Positions 13,601 through 28,700 of a DNA stretch of 64,000 nt are shown here, piece by piece (the first letter of the stretch is position 1; each line of letters begins with the position of its first letter). Below the pieces are notes generated by a model, which saw only the letters and a list, made by a program, of their open reading frames with translations, did no database searches and was not told the origin of the DNA. A program made the position numbers and the translations under genes. This DNA is from Tubulanus polymorphus (Eukaryota; Animalia; Nemertea), in NCBI RefSeq assembly GCF_964204645.1, contig NC_134028.1, positions 12,571,263 through 12,635,262 of the forward strand, written 5' to 3'.

Positions 13601-16600
13601 GTCAATAATATTTTGCCAGATAGCTTGTTTGTGTACACATAGACCTGTGACGTTTTGCACATCGATTTACGGCTGTCGTTTGTAAAATGACGCTGAATGG
13701 TTAACATTGTTTAGGTTTCATAATGGTAACGTTTTATAAGGCGTCAAAAAAGCCTAAGATGTCCCCCCTTGATTGAATCAAGAAGTTTTAATGAAAATCT
13801 GTCTATTGATACGATCTCCATCACACACAACTGCATGATGATTCAGCATGAATATACATGGTAAGGGGTTTTCCCCACTGACTCAAATAGACACTCTCCA
13901 CATTCATGGTGTAATGATATCCTTTATTTCATACACTTTGTACGAAGTTTGTTTAAGTTAGACAATTTATTTTCGTAAATTGATCAATTTTCCAGATTCA
14001 CTTCCCTCTTTCCCAATTTTACTGTCCTTCTATAAAATTCACTGCTTTTCACGGGTGCCCGCGACAAACCCTGGCAGTTGAATCATTTGCAGCTTCCAAG
14101 AAAACTTTAACTAGGCCAGGCGCGAGGCGCACTTTTCATATACATGCGCAGATCAATACACCACACTGCAGCGAGTCTGTGTCTAGCATGTGTATGAAGC
14201 ATGAATATACGTAAAAGGGCATGTGTTCTTTCGAAACGAAACGTAGTTATAACAACAAATGAATAACTAAATTAATGAATAAGCAACGGATTCCGATGAA
14301 ATTCAATTGGATAAGAGATTTAACACTGCATTGAATGTTTTGAAAGTTCCGAAGAGAAACTAAGCCTCATTTTAAAGTTATTTTGCACCAAAGCAAGAAA
14401 GTTTCATATGCGATTACAAAATGGACTTCGCTAAAGCGAAAGTCCATAATAAAACCGAGAAGTAAAACAGTAGACGATACCACGGGTTCACATGAACACC
14501 TACTGATTTATTATAATTGATATAAATTTTAACGAGCCCCTTTTTCAAAATTAAGCTTTGTAGTATTTTGGAGAATAGATAATGCTTCAATGAATGAAAT
14601 GTATGAATATATGCTCAGTGGCAGTCAGAGGGCCATAGCTCTGGAAACCATGTCATTTAAATTTGCCCCATTTGTATAGTAATAGGCTCAGCCTACGGCT
14701 GGCCTAAAAACTCACATTTGAATCATTCATGCAGTACCAAGCTTGATTCGGAGCCTTTATGTAACAGTAATAATGACCAGAATTACAGCTGCTCCCCGAG
14801 TGCACTAGTACAGCATACAGATGATACAACACTGGCTCACCCTGAAATGATAACATATCTAGACTTAGTAACAAAACAGGGACATATACATAAAGCCCAA
14901 AGAACACGGCATGCATTGAATTTCATCCGTCGTGATTGTTATAGAATTAATAAATCTAAGAATAACAACACTAATTTGACCTGAAAAAGCAAAACTAGAT
15001 GAACTAGAAGCTAGATACATGAAATGACTCCCCCTCAGCTAGTGATTGAGGGTCATGCAGGGACTGTGAAATTGTAATAGTATACATGTTCTTGACACTA
15101 AGTTTCATGTCACAAAAATAGGTTACAATATGACTGTGACAGCCATCTTGGATAAAATATATACATTAAAAACTCTGGGTCCAGTTCCACAGTCGTGAGT
15201 TAAGATTTGACTCCGAGTTAAAACATTGAAAATGAACAAACTTTAACTCAGAGTTAACTCTAACTCACAACTGTGGAACTGGGTCCTAGGGTTTATCCTG
15301 CTCCTGCCGGTTAAACACACTAGAGTAATACCTGTGGAAACCAAAGGTGATCTTTCTAGCCAAGAACATTTTGATTTATTGGCAATGGAACTGATAAAAA
15401 ATACCCGATGTATTCAATACCCCTTTTCATAGAATACTCACCACAATTGGAAATGAAAAATGCCAAACCATTAGGAAGCTACAGGACTCTGAATTCAGGC
15501 CAAAATTGACATTTAGTGGCACAAAAAAATGTCACAGGCCAACTTGAGTCCGATCAACCCAATCTTGGAAAATTCAAAAATGTACTGCCAATCAGCCATC
15601 TCGATCCTGACGGGGCCAGTTTACAGGCTGAAGATGTGTCTAGGGTAGATACATGTATAAACCAAATATAAAGACATAACATTGAAGCTTCTTCCCAAAA
15701 TGAATGAACGAAAATTGGAATGACGAAAAGTGAATGCAATAGACCGCTGGGACCCAAGTGAGCTAAAGGGCCATCTTAGCCGCATCAGCTAAATGGACTG
15801 GATTATTTAGACACTCAAGGACTGCACTACAAACAGACCTCACCAAAAGTCAATTTTGAATTGAATTGAATGAAATTTTTCTCAAAATTCGGGTCGACAG
15901 AAATAAACAACTGGGTAAAATAAAAGGTATGACACATAGAAAAATATTGAAAAAATATAGATTTTGGTTGTTTAAACTTTTGGCATTTCATAGGAACTCT
16001 CAATAAATCTGAAATATGACATACACTTAAGTAAAAAAATGAGGTATTGAGGATTATGCATGACTAAGATTTAGTTTGGACCCTAAGCCAAAGGGGCTCA
16101 ACTGAAGTACAGTGGAGAAGTAGTACAGAAGGCTGCATGCAGGAAAAAAAGCAATTGTAAAATCTAATTAGATTTGATACAAATATTAATGTGGAGTAAC
16201 CAACCTGCTTATGGCTCATGTAGGGGCGTATATCAAGTTTTTCAGTGAAGCTGATATGTCGACTAATTTTTCCACCAAAAAATCTGTTGTAATCAAACCT
16301 GGAAAAAAAAGATTCCATTGAATCAAGCAATTGTCAATTGGCGGATATCAGGTCACAAGAAATTACAATTTACAACAAATTCTATCAAACAGACAAGAGC
16401 CCCATGGGGTTGATGCAGCAGCTTCACAAATTATAAATGACCTGTACTTCAATTTCATATTTCAAATATGCTAGATCTAGGAACAGAACGAATCCATGAA
16501 CATTAAAAAGGGCAGTATCCATGCAGACAAAACAAGGGTTTAAAAATATTTATTTCAGTGCAATTTTATACAATTTCTAGGTACTGAGACGTCTTATTAG

Positions 16601-16719
16601 TTGCTGGTAGAAAAAGTGCCCAGAAAAATATTGCCGTTGTGTTTTCTAAACGGCATAGGGAAATACATTGCGACAGGAGCACGTGCTTGTTGCATAACCT
16701 AGGAGATTTATACATGGTT

Positions 16720-16779
<60 letters not shown>

Positions 16780-19700
16780 TATGCTCTCCCAGCTCGATTT
16801 ACTATTTTCTATTTACTACTTAGATTATGCTATATTAGAATTAGTTATATCAGTTTTTTGACGCCTTATAAAACGTTACCATTATGAAACCTAAACAATG
16901 CTAACCATTCAGCGTCATTTTACAAACGACAACCGTAAATCGATGTGCAAAACGTCACAGGTTTATGTGTACACATACAAGCCATTTGGCAAAATATTAT
17001 TGATAAAGATGTAGAATGGCTCCCTATGATTATATAATGACCTATATTTGAACGTCGAAATGTTATATTGCATTGAATATCATGAGAAGACGTATTGTAA
17101 TAGTAAAGGATGTATGATTATATCAGGAGCGTCAGGCATAAATAGAAATGATAAGTAAATCGGATTATTCGGTTAAATGGCGGATGTATACACGATTTGG
17201 AAGTCTGATATAAAAGTCAGACCCTGACATGGGGATGCTAGTGGAATGACGAAGCTATCTACGATCTGAGTAGGGCCGGCGTGAATTTCATCGGCGGCTA
17301 CAAGCGGTCTATATAAAAACGTGTAAACATATAATTTCAATATTCAAATGTTTTAGAAAATATGTTCGATATTAGAGGTATGCAGGTTTCATGAGATTAG
17401 CAATTTATAATAGCATAACTGTCACTGATGGCATGTGTGTAAGGTGACAATTCAATTCAATACTTTATTGATCCTTATTTCATTGAAATTCCGGGATAAA
17501 ATTCCCAAATTCAATAAAGTTACAAATTTTAAACTAAGAAAATACAAAATACAAGACACACGGGTAATTCATACAGAATAACATGAATAAGTTATTTAAA
17601 TGACAATGTCTACTTCAACCCAGACTCAAGTCTAGGATATCGAGTGACAGCCAAACCGGGATCCCGGTCGACCGGACCGGCTGGCTACACGATATGCTCG
17701 AAGTCATGATGAAGCAGACATCAGAAGAGCTCTTTCTTCAACCATGGAGGCAATGAAGTTGCAGACCAGCTTAGAGGCAAAAGTGAATCGAAATCGGTCA
17801 CAAGTTGACAATTTTTTTTTTAGAACAGTCGAAGACTGGATCATCTACCCAATCGCCAAATCTCATAATTCCCCAAATTTCTTAAAACTTCGATTTCAAA
17901 TTTGCAACTCCACATTAGCTTATCCCAGAAATTCTACATTTTTTCGCAGGCGTCAAATAATTTATTAAAGTTAATTTTCATGTTGATAAATCTACTGGTT
18001 AAAATGCCTGACATTATACCTAGGCATTCTTTATTACTTGTTTTTCTATGCCATTAGGTATTTAACTTAGTGGGGATATTCTCAATACATTAACTTGATC
18101 ATTTGCCATCACTCGTTGTGATGTCGCTTTAGTGTGAAAGGATATCGCAATTTATTCCTTACCTTTCTGGTATCCTTATATAAACATTATCATCATAATT
18201 ATTTTATTTTATTTTTATTTTCTTATTTATTTGTTTTGGTTTTTTTTTCAGCTCAAACTTATTAAACTAATCCAATTTCTTTGAATAGGGCCTATGTGTT
18301 TTTTGAACCGGATAATTTTTCTGATTTAGTTAACAGTGAAAAATTTCTACATTTAACATTCTACAGTGTAACATACATAGTCTCCCAAGTAAGATTGATA
18401 ATTTGAAAATGTTAATTGAAAACTTTAGGCATCAAAATATTGAACTACATGTAATTAGGCTCTGTGAAACATTCCTTACTGATCATAATGCTCAAACATA
18501 TTTTACCAGGATACTCATTGTATGAAGAACACCGTGAAAACTTAACTAGAGGGGGAGTTGCACTTTTTGTGAAAAATACTTTATCATTCAGAACGCGGAC
18601 CGACCTAAACTTTTATGAGGAAGGCAAATACGAATCTTGTTTCATTGAGATCAGGAAGAGCAAATCCTTTCAAAACAATTTGATTATTGGTGAAATCTAT
18701 AGAGTACCTGGCACCACTGTGAATGACTTTATCTCAATCTTTGATAACTTACTTAAAACAATCAAAAAGGAAAAAAGTGACATTATTCTTGGAATGGATC
18801 AAAATTTAGATTATATTAAGATTAATTCTCATAAAGAAACATCCAAATTTTTAGACTGTAACCTAAATAGCAATTTGTTTCCTTCTATCTTGAGACCAAC
18901 TAGAATTACTCACTCAAGTGCTACCTTGATTGATAATATCTATTTATCACCAAATCTCTGTTCACGGGCCACTAGTGCAGTTTTGACCACTCATATTTCG
19001 GATCATTTACCTTGTATAGTATCAATAAGAGGAATTACCAAGTATCGAGAAAGCACTGAAACCACCAAGCGTAACCTATCTTGCCAATGAAAGTTTCTCT
19101 TATTTTATCAATAAACTCAGTAATATAGTGGATGATGTAGCGCCTGTAATGAAAGTTAAAGCTAGAAATCACATTAGAGAAGAATGGATGACGCCATCCA
19201 TTCTAAAATCGTCACGGAAATGTGATAAACTATGTAAGAATTGTATTTATCTAAATAAAAATGACCAGAAATATAAGTAATATGTCCTATATAGAAACAA
19301 TCTGAACTATATCAAAAGACAACAAAAACTTGATTACTATTCAAACAAATTAACCATGTTTAAAAATAATTCTAAAAAACTCTGGCAATTTATGAACACA
19401 GCTATTGGGAAAAACCGAGATAAAACTTCAGTGACAACTAATAGCTTTATAATTAACGGCAACGTGACATCTGATCCAATGATGATTTCAAATGGCTTTA
19501 ATGATTATTTCTGTAATATTGGAGAAAGATTAACAAATGAGATTCCCAAATCGAACAGAGACTATACTAGTTATTCACCAAACCAAAACCCTAACTCAAT
19601 GTTTCTTAGCCCAACAAATGAACAGGAAATCGATTTATTAATCAAATCTCTGCCCAAGAAACTCAGTTCTGGTCACGACAATATCAATATTTTAATAGTT

Positions 19701-22700
19701 AAAAAAGTGAAGCAAAACATTCTCAAACCATTAACCCTAATAATGAATAAATCTCTCGAGGAAGGAATTTTCCCTGATGATATGAAAATAGCGAAGGTTA
19801 TCCCTATATTTAAAAACAACAACAAAGATCTTTTTTCTTATTACAGACCAATCTCGCTGCTGCCAGTTTTCTCCAAAATCCCTGAGCAACTCGTACATTC
19901 TAGGCTTTATTCTTTCTTAGTCAAGAATAATATAATCTATACGAGCCAGTATGGGTTTAGACCAAACCATTCAACACGCGACGCTATTAATGAATTTTTA
20001 GGCGCCATACTAAAAAATATAGAAAATAACAAAACATCTCTCGCATTTTTTTTAGATTGTCAAAATCGTTTGATTCCCTTGATGTTAGTCACCTTCTCTT
20101 TAAGCTTTCCCATTATGGAATTAGGGGTCATTGCTATAAATGGTTTGAAAGTTATCTTACAAATAGAAAAATGTATGTTAATTATAAACTGAGTAGAGAT
20201 TCTCAATTAAAACCTATCAAATTTGGTGTCCCCAAGGGTACGGTACTCGGTCCTTTGCTTTTTCTGATATATATTAATGACCTTAATCATGACCTAATAA
20301 GTTCCAAAACAATTCTTTTCGCAGATGATGCTAATATTCTTTTTGAAAATGATAAAATTGATTCAATTCAAAAAGCCATTGACGAAGATATCAAGATGTT
20401 AATTGACTGGTTCCGTGCAAATTTATTAACGCTAAACAAGGCATCCACTAGAGATTTGGTCCAGTGACTATAACACCCACTAAATCATGCAAATTCCTAG
20501 GATTAACAATTGAAGACCAACTCAACTAGGATCCACACTTGAAACAGCTTGTCTCTAAAATTAACAAAAACATATTTCTTCTCTGTAGTGTAAAAAATGT
20601 TTTCCTACCATAGGCTAAACGTCTACTCTACCATAGCTATGTACATTCCCACCTTACCTATGCATCAGTAGCCTGGGGCCCAAAGCTATCTAAATCCCAA
20701 GTAAATACTTTATTCAAACTGCAGAAAAAAGCCATCAGATACATTGATAATTCATCATTTAACGCCCATACTAGTCCTCTTTTCAAAAAGTATAAAATCC
20801 TCAAATTTGAAGACCTTGTCGAATTAGAACTGATTAAATTTGGCTATCAATACGTAAATAAAATCCTTCCACATCCAATTCTCAAGCTATTTAATTTTAA
20901 TTCTTTACACCATACATACAATACCAGAAGAAAAAACCTACCCAGAATCCAATATCATCGTACTCAAATTTTCCAGTCATCTGGCAAAACCTCCCAATCA
21001 AGTTGAGAAATGCTAAAAGCCTATCATCTCTTGTATCTAATATCAAGAATCTGAAGCTGAATAGTTATTAATGAGCTAATCCATAAATATTGTACTGTGA
21101 TTCTCCTTGTCTATTACTAATATACTAGTACATTTACATACAGTAATCTCTCATTTACATACAGTAATCTCTCATTTGTGTCTAAGGTTCTCGAGAGAGT
21201 TGTAGCCAGTCGACTGCGTGAGTACATGGATCGTAACCATCTTCACGATGTCTTGCAATCAGCCTATAAACCAAGGCATAGCACAGAGACAGCTTTGCTC
21301 AAGGTGCAAGATGACATTCCTACCCTCATCGATCAGGGTTCAATTGTGATACTGATACTACTCGATCTTAGTGCGGCATTTGATACGGTAGATCACACTG
21401 TGTTACTCTCTCGCATCAAACATTACCTAGGCATCAATGGAAGAGCACCCCAATGGTTCAAGTCGTACCTCACCCACAGGACATTGAATGTTACTGTTAA
21501 CGGCCATGCCTCTGATTCATACTAGTTAAAGTGTGGGGTACCACAAGGCTCAGAGTTGGGCCCCTTACTCTTTCTTATCTATGTGCTTCCTCTGGGTGAA
21601 CTGATAAAATCATTTGATATTGATAGACATGGATTTAGAGATGACAACCAAGTGTACAAGGCAATTAAATCCATCCATGATCCGTCACGTGTAAATCAAC
21701 AACTGTCAAATGTTGAGAAGTGTTTGGTCACGGTGTATAAATGGTATACCGACAATTTGCTCAAAGCAAATGCTGGAAAGACTGAGGTATTTCTCTTAGG
21801 TACATCGCAGCGTCTCAATATTACCGACATTGAATCTCTCATGGTCGCGGGTGTTTGTGTCCCTGTTTCAAAGTCGCCGATCTGCAATCCCGGTGTTATG
21901 TTCGATCATGAAATGTCTATGAGTGCACATGTGAAATCTGTTTTGAAAAGCGGATATTTTCACATTCGTAACATTGGATTAGCTAGAAAGAATCTGAATA
22001 GAAATGCTACCAAGGCACTTGTCCAAGCTCTTGTCTTGTCTAGGCTGGACAACTGTAATAGCCTTCTGGCTGGAATAACCAGTGACTTGTGTGGAAGCTT
22101 ACAGAAATTACAAAACTGTGCAGCACGATTAGTTTTGCGCACCCCAAAACGAGAGCATATAACTCCCGCGCTCATGCAGTTAGACTGGCTACCAGTAAAA
22201 GCAAGAATTGACTTCAAAACACTACTGCTAGTATTCAGAGCTCTTACCGGAATAGCACCGGCCTATATTGCTGATCTAATCACTGTGTATACCCCAAGGA
22301 GAACACTTCGATCATGTAACCAATTCAAACTGTCAGAACCATCATTCAGCTTATCTATATTTGGCGGCAGAGCCTTCTCATCCCACGCACCTAGACTCTG
22401 GAATCAGTTCATCGACTCAAGAGAATCTACACTTACCAGTTCAAATCTCATATCAAAACAAACCTATTCTGCCAATACTATTCCCTGGAGCGCAATTGAA
22501 CTTTGTTTTTTAACATGGAAAGCTGCGCTATACAAATCCATATTTATTATTATTATTATTATTTATTACATTTACTATTATTTTTACTATTATTATTGTT
22601 ATCATTGCCTTTATTCCTATTGATCTTCATCTGTTTTCTAACATTATTATATCATAATTATTACTATTATTATTATCATTATTATTATTATAAATATTAT

Positions 22701-25700
22701 CATTATTATTATTATTATTATTAAGTATTATAATCCTTCCTATTATTATGAATATGGATGAATATTATAATGTTATCGATATTCATATATTATAAAGTAA
22801 CATTTATATCTATTTATATCAATTTGTATTGCACCTTGCACGTAATGCACGTGGGCACAGTGCCTTAGTAATGATAAGTACAGCCCTAGGCTCGCACTGT
22901 CCCTCATCTTATGTCTGTAAAAACTATGTTTTACTCCTATATTGTATCTTGCATGACATAAGGATGAAAAATAAATTATATATTATTCCCATCTGAATCT
23001 GCCACCGAGGTCTTAATTAGATCATTTCCATGACATTTTTTGCAGAAAATTTGTTTGGAAAGATAGGAAATCCCTTAAAGAGTGATAGAAACACATCATG
23101 TTAAGGGTTTAAAAAAGTAAACTTTAATAGTTGAACCAAGTAAACTTTATGAAACTGAGAAATGAAACAATCTTATCGCAGCATTATACGCACGTAAATA
23201 GACTCTGTCACAAATAGACATGCTCCGTACAGCATAAACCACTGAGGCCATCCCAAATTAATGGTCTGTTTGCTGTAACCCGACCGGCCCGACTTCAAAG
23301 GTACCGAGTGAAAACTTTTTTCTAGGATTCATTGAAATAAATTTCGTTTTTGAAAAAAACGGCCGACCGACTGACCCACCCACTGCCAATGTATGAGCTG
23401 CGTATGTTTGAAGTCAAGTGTGCATCGTGTGAAAACATGCCTTGATGTGTGACCTAGTTTAAGTTTTCAAGGAAACTGGCAGTGTCCCAATAAGCTGCCA
23501 TTCATTCTTAGTGACTATATCGAGCTGGTATTGTAAAAGCACGCATATATACTAATGTGCTGTTTCATTTTGAACAGAGATGACACTCTGGACGAAGTTA
23601 TAATTTCAGAATTATTCTTGAAATTTAGGCTATAAGACAAATTTCCCGTGCACAATGCAGATTTCTGATATCGTTACCATGTAAAAAAGGTCATAAATTA
23701 GTTTTTTTTTATGCCCATATTTTGCTAAAAGAAATTTCTACCTACCTACCGACTCATCCTGAAAACTTGAGTCGGTGTTACGGCAAACAGACAATTATTT
23801 TGGGATGGCCTGATGCTGAATGATTTCGTTTTCGTATAACATACACTGTGTATGGAATTTAAAAAGTTTGTTCAACAATTTATTGTTAAAAACTGAACAA
23901 TTATCAAGATTCATTGCCTCTTTATATATTTCAATATATATTGTTTATTTAGCCAATCAGCGTGCATTAAAAAATATTCAACCCGGACACTTTCTTGGCA
24001 GAGGCTTTCTCTAACACACTTCACAGAGGTTCATACGTAGAGACGACGCCCCCCAATCGAGGTCATTGCAATTTCATACACAAGAGCTACGAATTTTCCC
24101 GCCAAAAACAGTTTTTCGTAGAATTTTGTCATCGACCGAGGTTTGTCATGTTTTCAATCGCATCGATTATACGTCGTTTAGGCCGGGAACCAATATAAAC
24201 ATACGCTCACATAAAAAAACATACCATGATTTTACATGAATTGGCTCAATGCCAACTTCACATTGCTGACAAAGGTTAACCAAAAAGAATCAAAATCTGA
24301 TCAGTGTTGCAAACGTACATACGTACAGAAAATCGGGCTCCAAACACGATTGCATACGTAAGGACATAAAAACGAGTTCAACTGATAACACTTTATACCA
24401 TATTTAATTACTTAAGAACAGTTATCAGCGTTGCTCAGACTACGGATTTCGCTGGAAAAACGCTGGAGGGCCCTAGTGCGTTGACATTATTTCGGTGTTT
24501 AAATGATAAGTTTTTTTTAACAAAATAAACTATTTTCATAAAAAAGCCATTTGTTTCCTGGAATATGTAATAAAACTTCGACTTCGTCATCAATATTTCT
24601 TGCGACTATGATTGAAGCTCCCATACTCGTTAAAGTCGAGGTCAATGAGTGATATAATCGCGGCTGAAATCTCAGCTGGCTAAATAATTTATGCTGGTTT
24701 TTACGGTAAAGAGTAGCGACTGTCTGAAACTGCTAAGGATGATCCGACCTTAGCCAAATTCTACAAACTTAAGTTCACTGTGTAATTGTATCCGGAGCAC
24801 TCTCGAGTCTGTCAGCATTAGCCCTGAATATCGCGGGGCGCCAGACTTGATCAGCGCGCGCGCTGTACGATCAATATAACTATGTACTTGTTCTATGTTA
24901 CACACACACAGCGAATGTATTGAGCGTCGCTGTAGCAACGCGCTACAGCGGCTTGAACTAACAAGTAACGTTGATTATTTTATAACCAAATTTGAGCACT
25001 TATAAGCATCAGAATCAAATATAAACCAAGCTGCACCATCTGAGATAGTAAAACACATATATTTTGTTGTGGCCCAAATTGCGGCTTATCATGAATGATT
25101 ATATGGGTCTCATATGAAATATAAAGGCTCTTAATAAAATACTCAGTTATAGGCCAAATTCTCAATTTTTGAAATCAAGATGGCTGCCAGTGAGCCATCT
25201 TGAATGTGAATATCATTAACTCAAATGGACTTCATCTCAGAAATATACTGAAAAGTTGGGTACATATGCCCAATAACAATAAATACCTTTTTAGCTGGAT
25301 TGTAAGTATGTTTGATGGCCGATGTAAGGTGAATCGTTTTGTGGCAGAACCTTTATGTTTGCAGCGAGGGCAGTTATATGCATTATCACAGTCTAGAGTT
25401 TCCGGTTGGACAAATTTCTCAAATGCTTTCTGAATATTTGGTACACTCTGAAAAAGAATAAAAAACCATCAAAAAACCTAAACCGGTATTGATTAAACAC
25501 GATAGCTGGAATTCAGTAGGGCATTTTATTGTGCGTGCGATTACGATTATCTTATAAATGGAGGAGAAACTAATGTTGTCCACAGACAAATAAACATACT
25601 GTTAAAACAGCAATACAGAACACTCAACTATCTCAGAATAACTGGTTGGTAACCTGTCTAAATAAATGAGCTGTCGGGAACTCCAGTATGGCTAGTTGGT

Positions 25701-28700
25701 TAAATCAGGGATATCAGGCATGTTCAAAAAGGTCGGAAGTTAGAGGTGTATTGTGCCAAAGGCACGAAATTGCGAGTGCCGACGGCGCGAAGCACTTGCA
25801 GGGGTCCTCCCGGAGAAAATTTTGAAATCTCTAGATGCCAGGAGACGAAAACAGCTTCACACTAGCTCTTAATTTACTTGCAGCACCAATCAGATTGCCT
25901 GTTGTATAACAGCTGAGGTAAATTTCATGGAAGAACTATCAATGCCTGAATTGGAAAACCCTGGCTAAAATAAAATGGGATATCTGATTGGCTAATAATG
26001 ACATCATTTAAGCTGTGCACCAGTCCGTTATGGCAGGGTTTCATACCGTGGTAATCTCGATGCCATCAGGTTCGAATCCCAGACAGGGGAGGATGGCTTA
26101 TTCATGGATTTCCAGGAAAAGTGACTCACTGCACACATTCAACACATTGCATGCAATGAATGACAAACAAAAACAAAAATATCACCTGAGTTATGAATGC
26201 TTTTACGGTTCAGTCTAAACTACAGTACCGGTATTAAAAGTAAAATTCACAGAATGCTTTGCAACACAGCAATTAAATTTTCTCAACGGTTCCACATTGA
26301 TCTCAGGGATGATCAAAATGAATCATAAAGGTCGGAAATCCGACTAAGGTCGGAAAATTATCACCCCTGTTAAATAGGCCTAAATGAAAAATTTGACAGC
26401 GACTTATGCGATTTGCTTAAATAAAAACGCCTGAAGTGTTTATCAGTGGGGTATTTCAGCAACCAATCTAAATATGGTGAAAGTTAAGCCACGTTTCATT
26501 GAAAACATGATTTCCTTTAGAATAACTGTTTATCATCTTATATATGAATGAAAGTTATAACATCAACTAGCCAATTGAGATTAAAACTAGAAATGTTCGG
26601 GCATCATGAAAACATATTACATTGTTCATTCTTACTCTAAAAACTATGCAGATCATTTCACTTTAAAAACTGCCCTGGGCACTACTGTGAGAGTGGGTGC
26701 CTCAGACAGTGGTAGGCAGGAGCAATTATGTCAGATCGATTTGTTATGGCCAGTAGTACAAAAAGATCGACAGACCAATGTGTATCACTTTCAAAGACTT
26801 CTTAATAATAATTTGTCTGATAATAACTTGAATGAAAATCTACGACTAAGTTTAATTCATTCAAAAAAACGTATTTCACTGTATCAAAAACGCGTGTATT
26901 CATAATGCGCGCGGCAATTTGAGCCCATACTGTCACTGTGGGTTGTGTGTGCAGTATGAGATACTTGTGATCTGCCAGCGCACGCTTGCCTCGTGTTGTA
27001 TGGCCAGACGCAAACTGTTGCTACGCAATACGTCTGCAGAAAATGAATTAACGCACACAACTCAGTGATAATTTCAATCTTACTGTAAAAATCAAAGGCT
27101 TTCAATGACATTGTCTGCCAAACTTTCGAATTTAAAGACTCCCACTGATATTCCCAGCATAAAAAAGGTATCTAAGACCGCTCGGTACGGACTCTAGTGC
27201 AAGGGGCCCATTCACACTAAGTGATGGAGTCATCCGCAACGAACAAATTATTAATAAAATATACTTCAAAAATCTTTTTAATATTATTGTGATCAACTGC
27301 AACCCAATATAATGTGAATTAATCTTGAATACAAAATTGCTGGATCTATTTTTGAGAGTGTATTTAACCCCATTTATCGGATCTTTCGTTAATTCAATGA
27401 CTGTAAAAATGATGTGCTTTGGTTCACGGTAAACATACATGACACGATGCTGACACACTCATAATACCTCTCTCCTTCCTTGAGAGCAAATAAAAGCGGA
27501 CTACTACACTGGCAGCCCAGCAAGAGTATTTCAATCACAATGTTCAATTGAGATCGGCAATGAATGTATTTATTTGTGTAAACACTCATGTGTGTGATGG
27601 GATAGGACTAAGTCATCTATGTTTGCATGTCTCGCTTTGGAGGTTAAATATGGCAGCTCTCATCCGCTGTTAATTCTGCTGAGGCTATCCCAAAATAATT
27701 GTCTGTTTGCTGTAACACGGACTCAAGATTTCAGGATGAGACCGTAAGGTGGAAATTTTTTTTTTGCAAAATTTTAGGGCAAATAAAAAACAAATTTATC
27801 ACCTATTTTATATGAAGGGAACAATATCACAAAACTGCGTTGTGCATGGGAAATTTGTCCATAGCCTAGATTTCAATAATAATCTTAAAATTCTAACTAC
27901 GTCTGGAGCATCATCTCTGTGTTCAAAATGACACACTACATTGTGCATTGGTCATATGCGCACTATAACATTACCGGCATTAATATAGTCACTAAGGATG
28001 AATGGTAGCTTATTGGAACACTGCCAGTTTCCTGGAAAACTTAAACTAGGACACACTCGACGCATGTACACACGATGCACACTTTACTTCAAACATGCGT
28101 AGCTCATACATCGGTAGCGTGTCGGTCGGTCGGCAATTTTTATCAAAAATAAAATCCATTTCAATGAATGCCCAAAAAAAGTTTTCACTCAGTAACTTTG
28201 AAGTCAGGTCGGTCGGGTTATGGTAAACAGACAATTATTTTGGGATATTTTGGGATAACAGTATCAAATCATTGTATACAAGTTAATCAGACCTGCTTAC
28301 CCCAAAATTTTAACATCAGTAGTACTACCTATTTATTTCAGTAAAAATAAGCTCACATCAGTAGTTTGAATAAATATTTGTCTGTCAATACTTTCCAATT
28401 AAGCATCAATAGTTTTATATCATAAAACCGAAAACAGAATTAATCAAAAAAATAAAATTGAATATTCTTTACTTTTTACATTTTTCATTGTTCCTCCGCT
28501 CAATGAGAACCAAAATCTGAGGATCGGAAGGATAAAAAACCTCAAGTGTTCTTACTTAACAGACAGTATGTTAAAAATGTGGCATTTAATCCCAAAGTCA
28601 GGAAAATAATCGTTTAAAAAGAAAATACAACAAGGTATATTTCTAAAAGGAAATATACTGCGACAGGTGGTTTTGCAAAGTCAAGATTAAGATCAAAAGC

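Larger units (their letters stand above)
18290..22987 (+). mobile_element. Decayed CR1/L2-group LINE (APE + RT ORF2), with a second LINE inserted in its 3'UTR
   Basis: APE motifs (NIHSL, GGVALFV, IYRVPG, LIDNIY, SDHLP) and RT motifs ([35 protein letters not shown]) are split by frameshifts and stops. 3' stem-loops (catcttatgtc / gacataaggatg) and an aataaa tail lie at 22850-22987. Confidence 0.9.

Noticed and set aside
18464-22623. Intact RT/endonuclease genes or a domesticated RT system
   Set aside because: Multiple stops and frameshifts; these are ordinary decayed LINE copies (same for 40723-44330).
22503-22724. Tyr/Leu-rich ORF
   Set aside because: Translation of the (ATT)n low-complexity tail.
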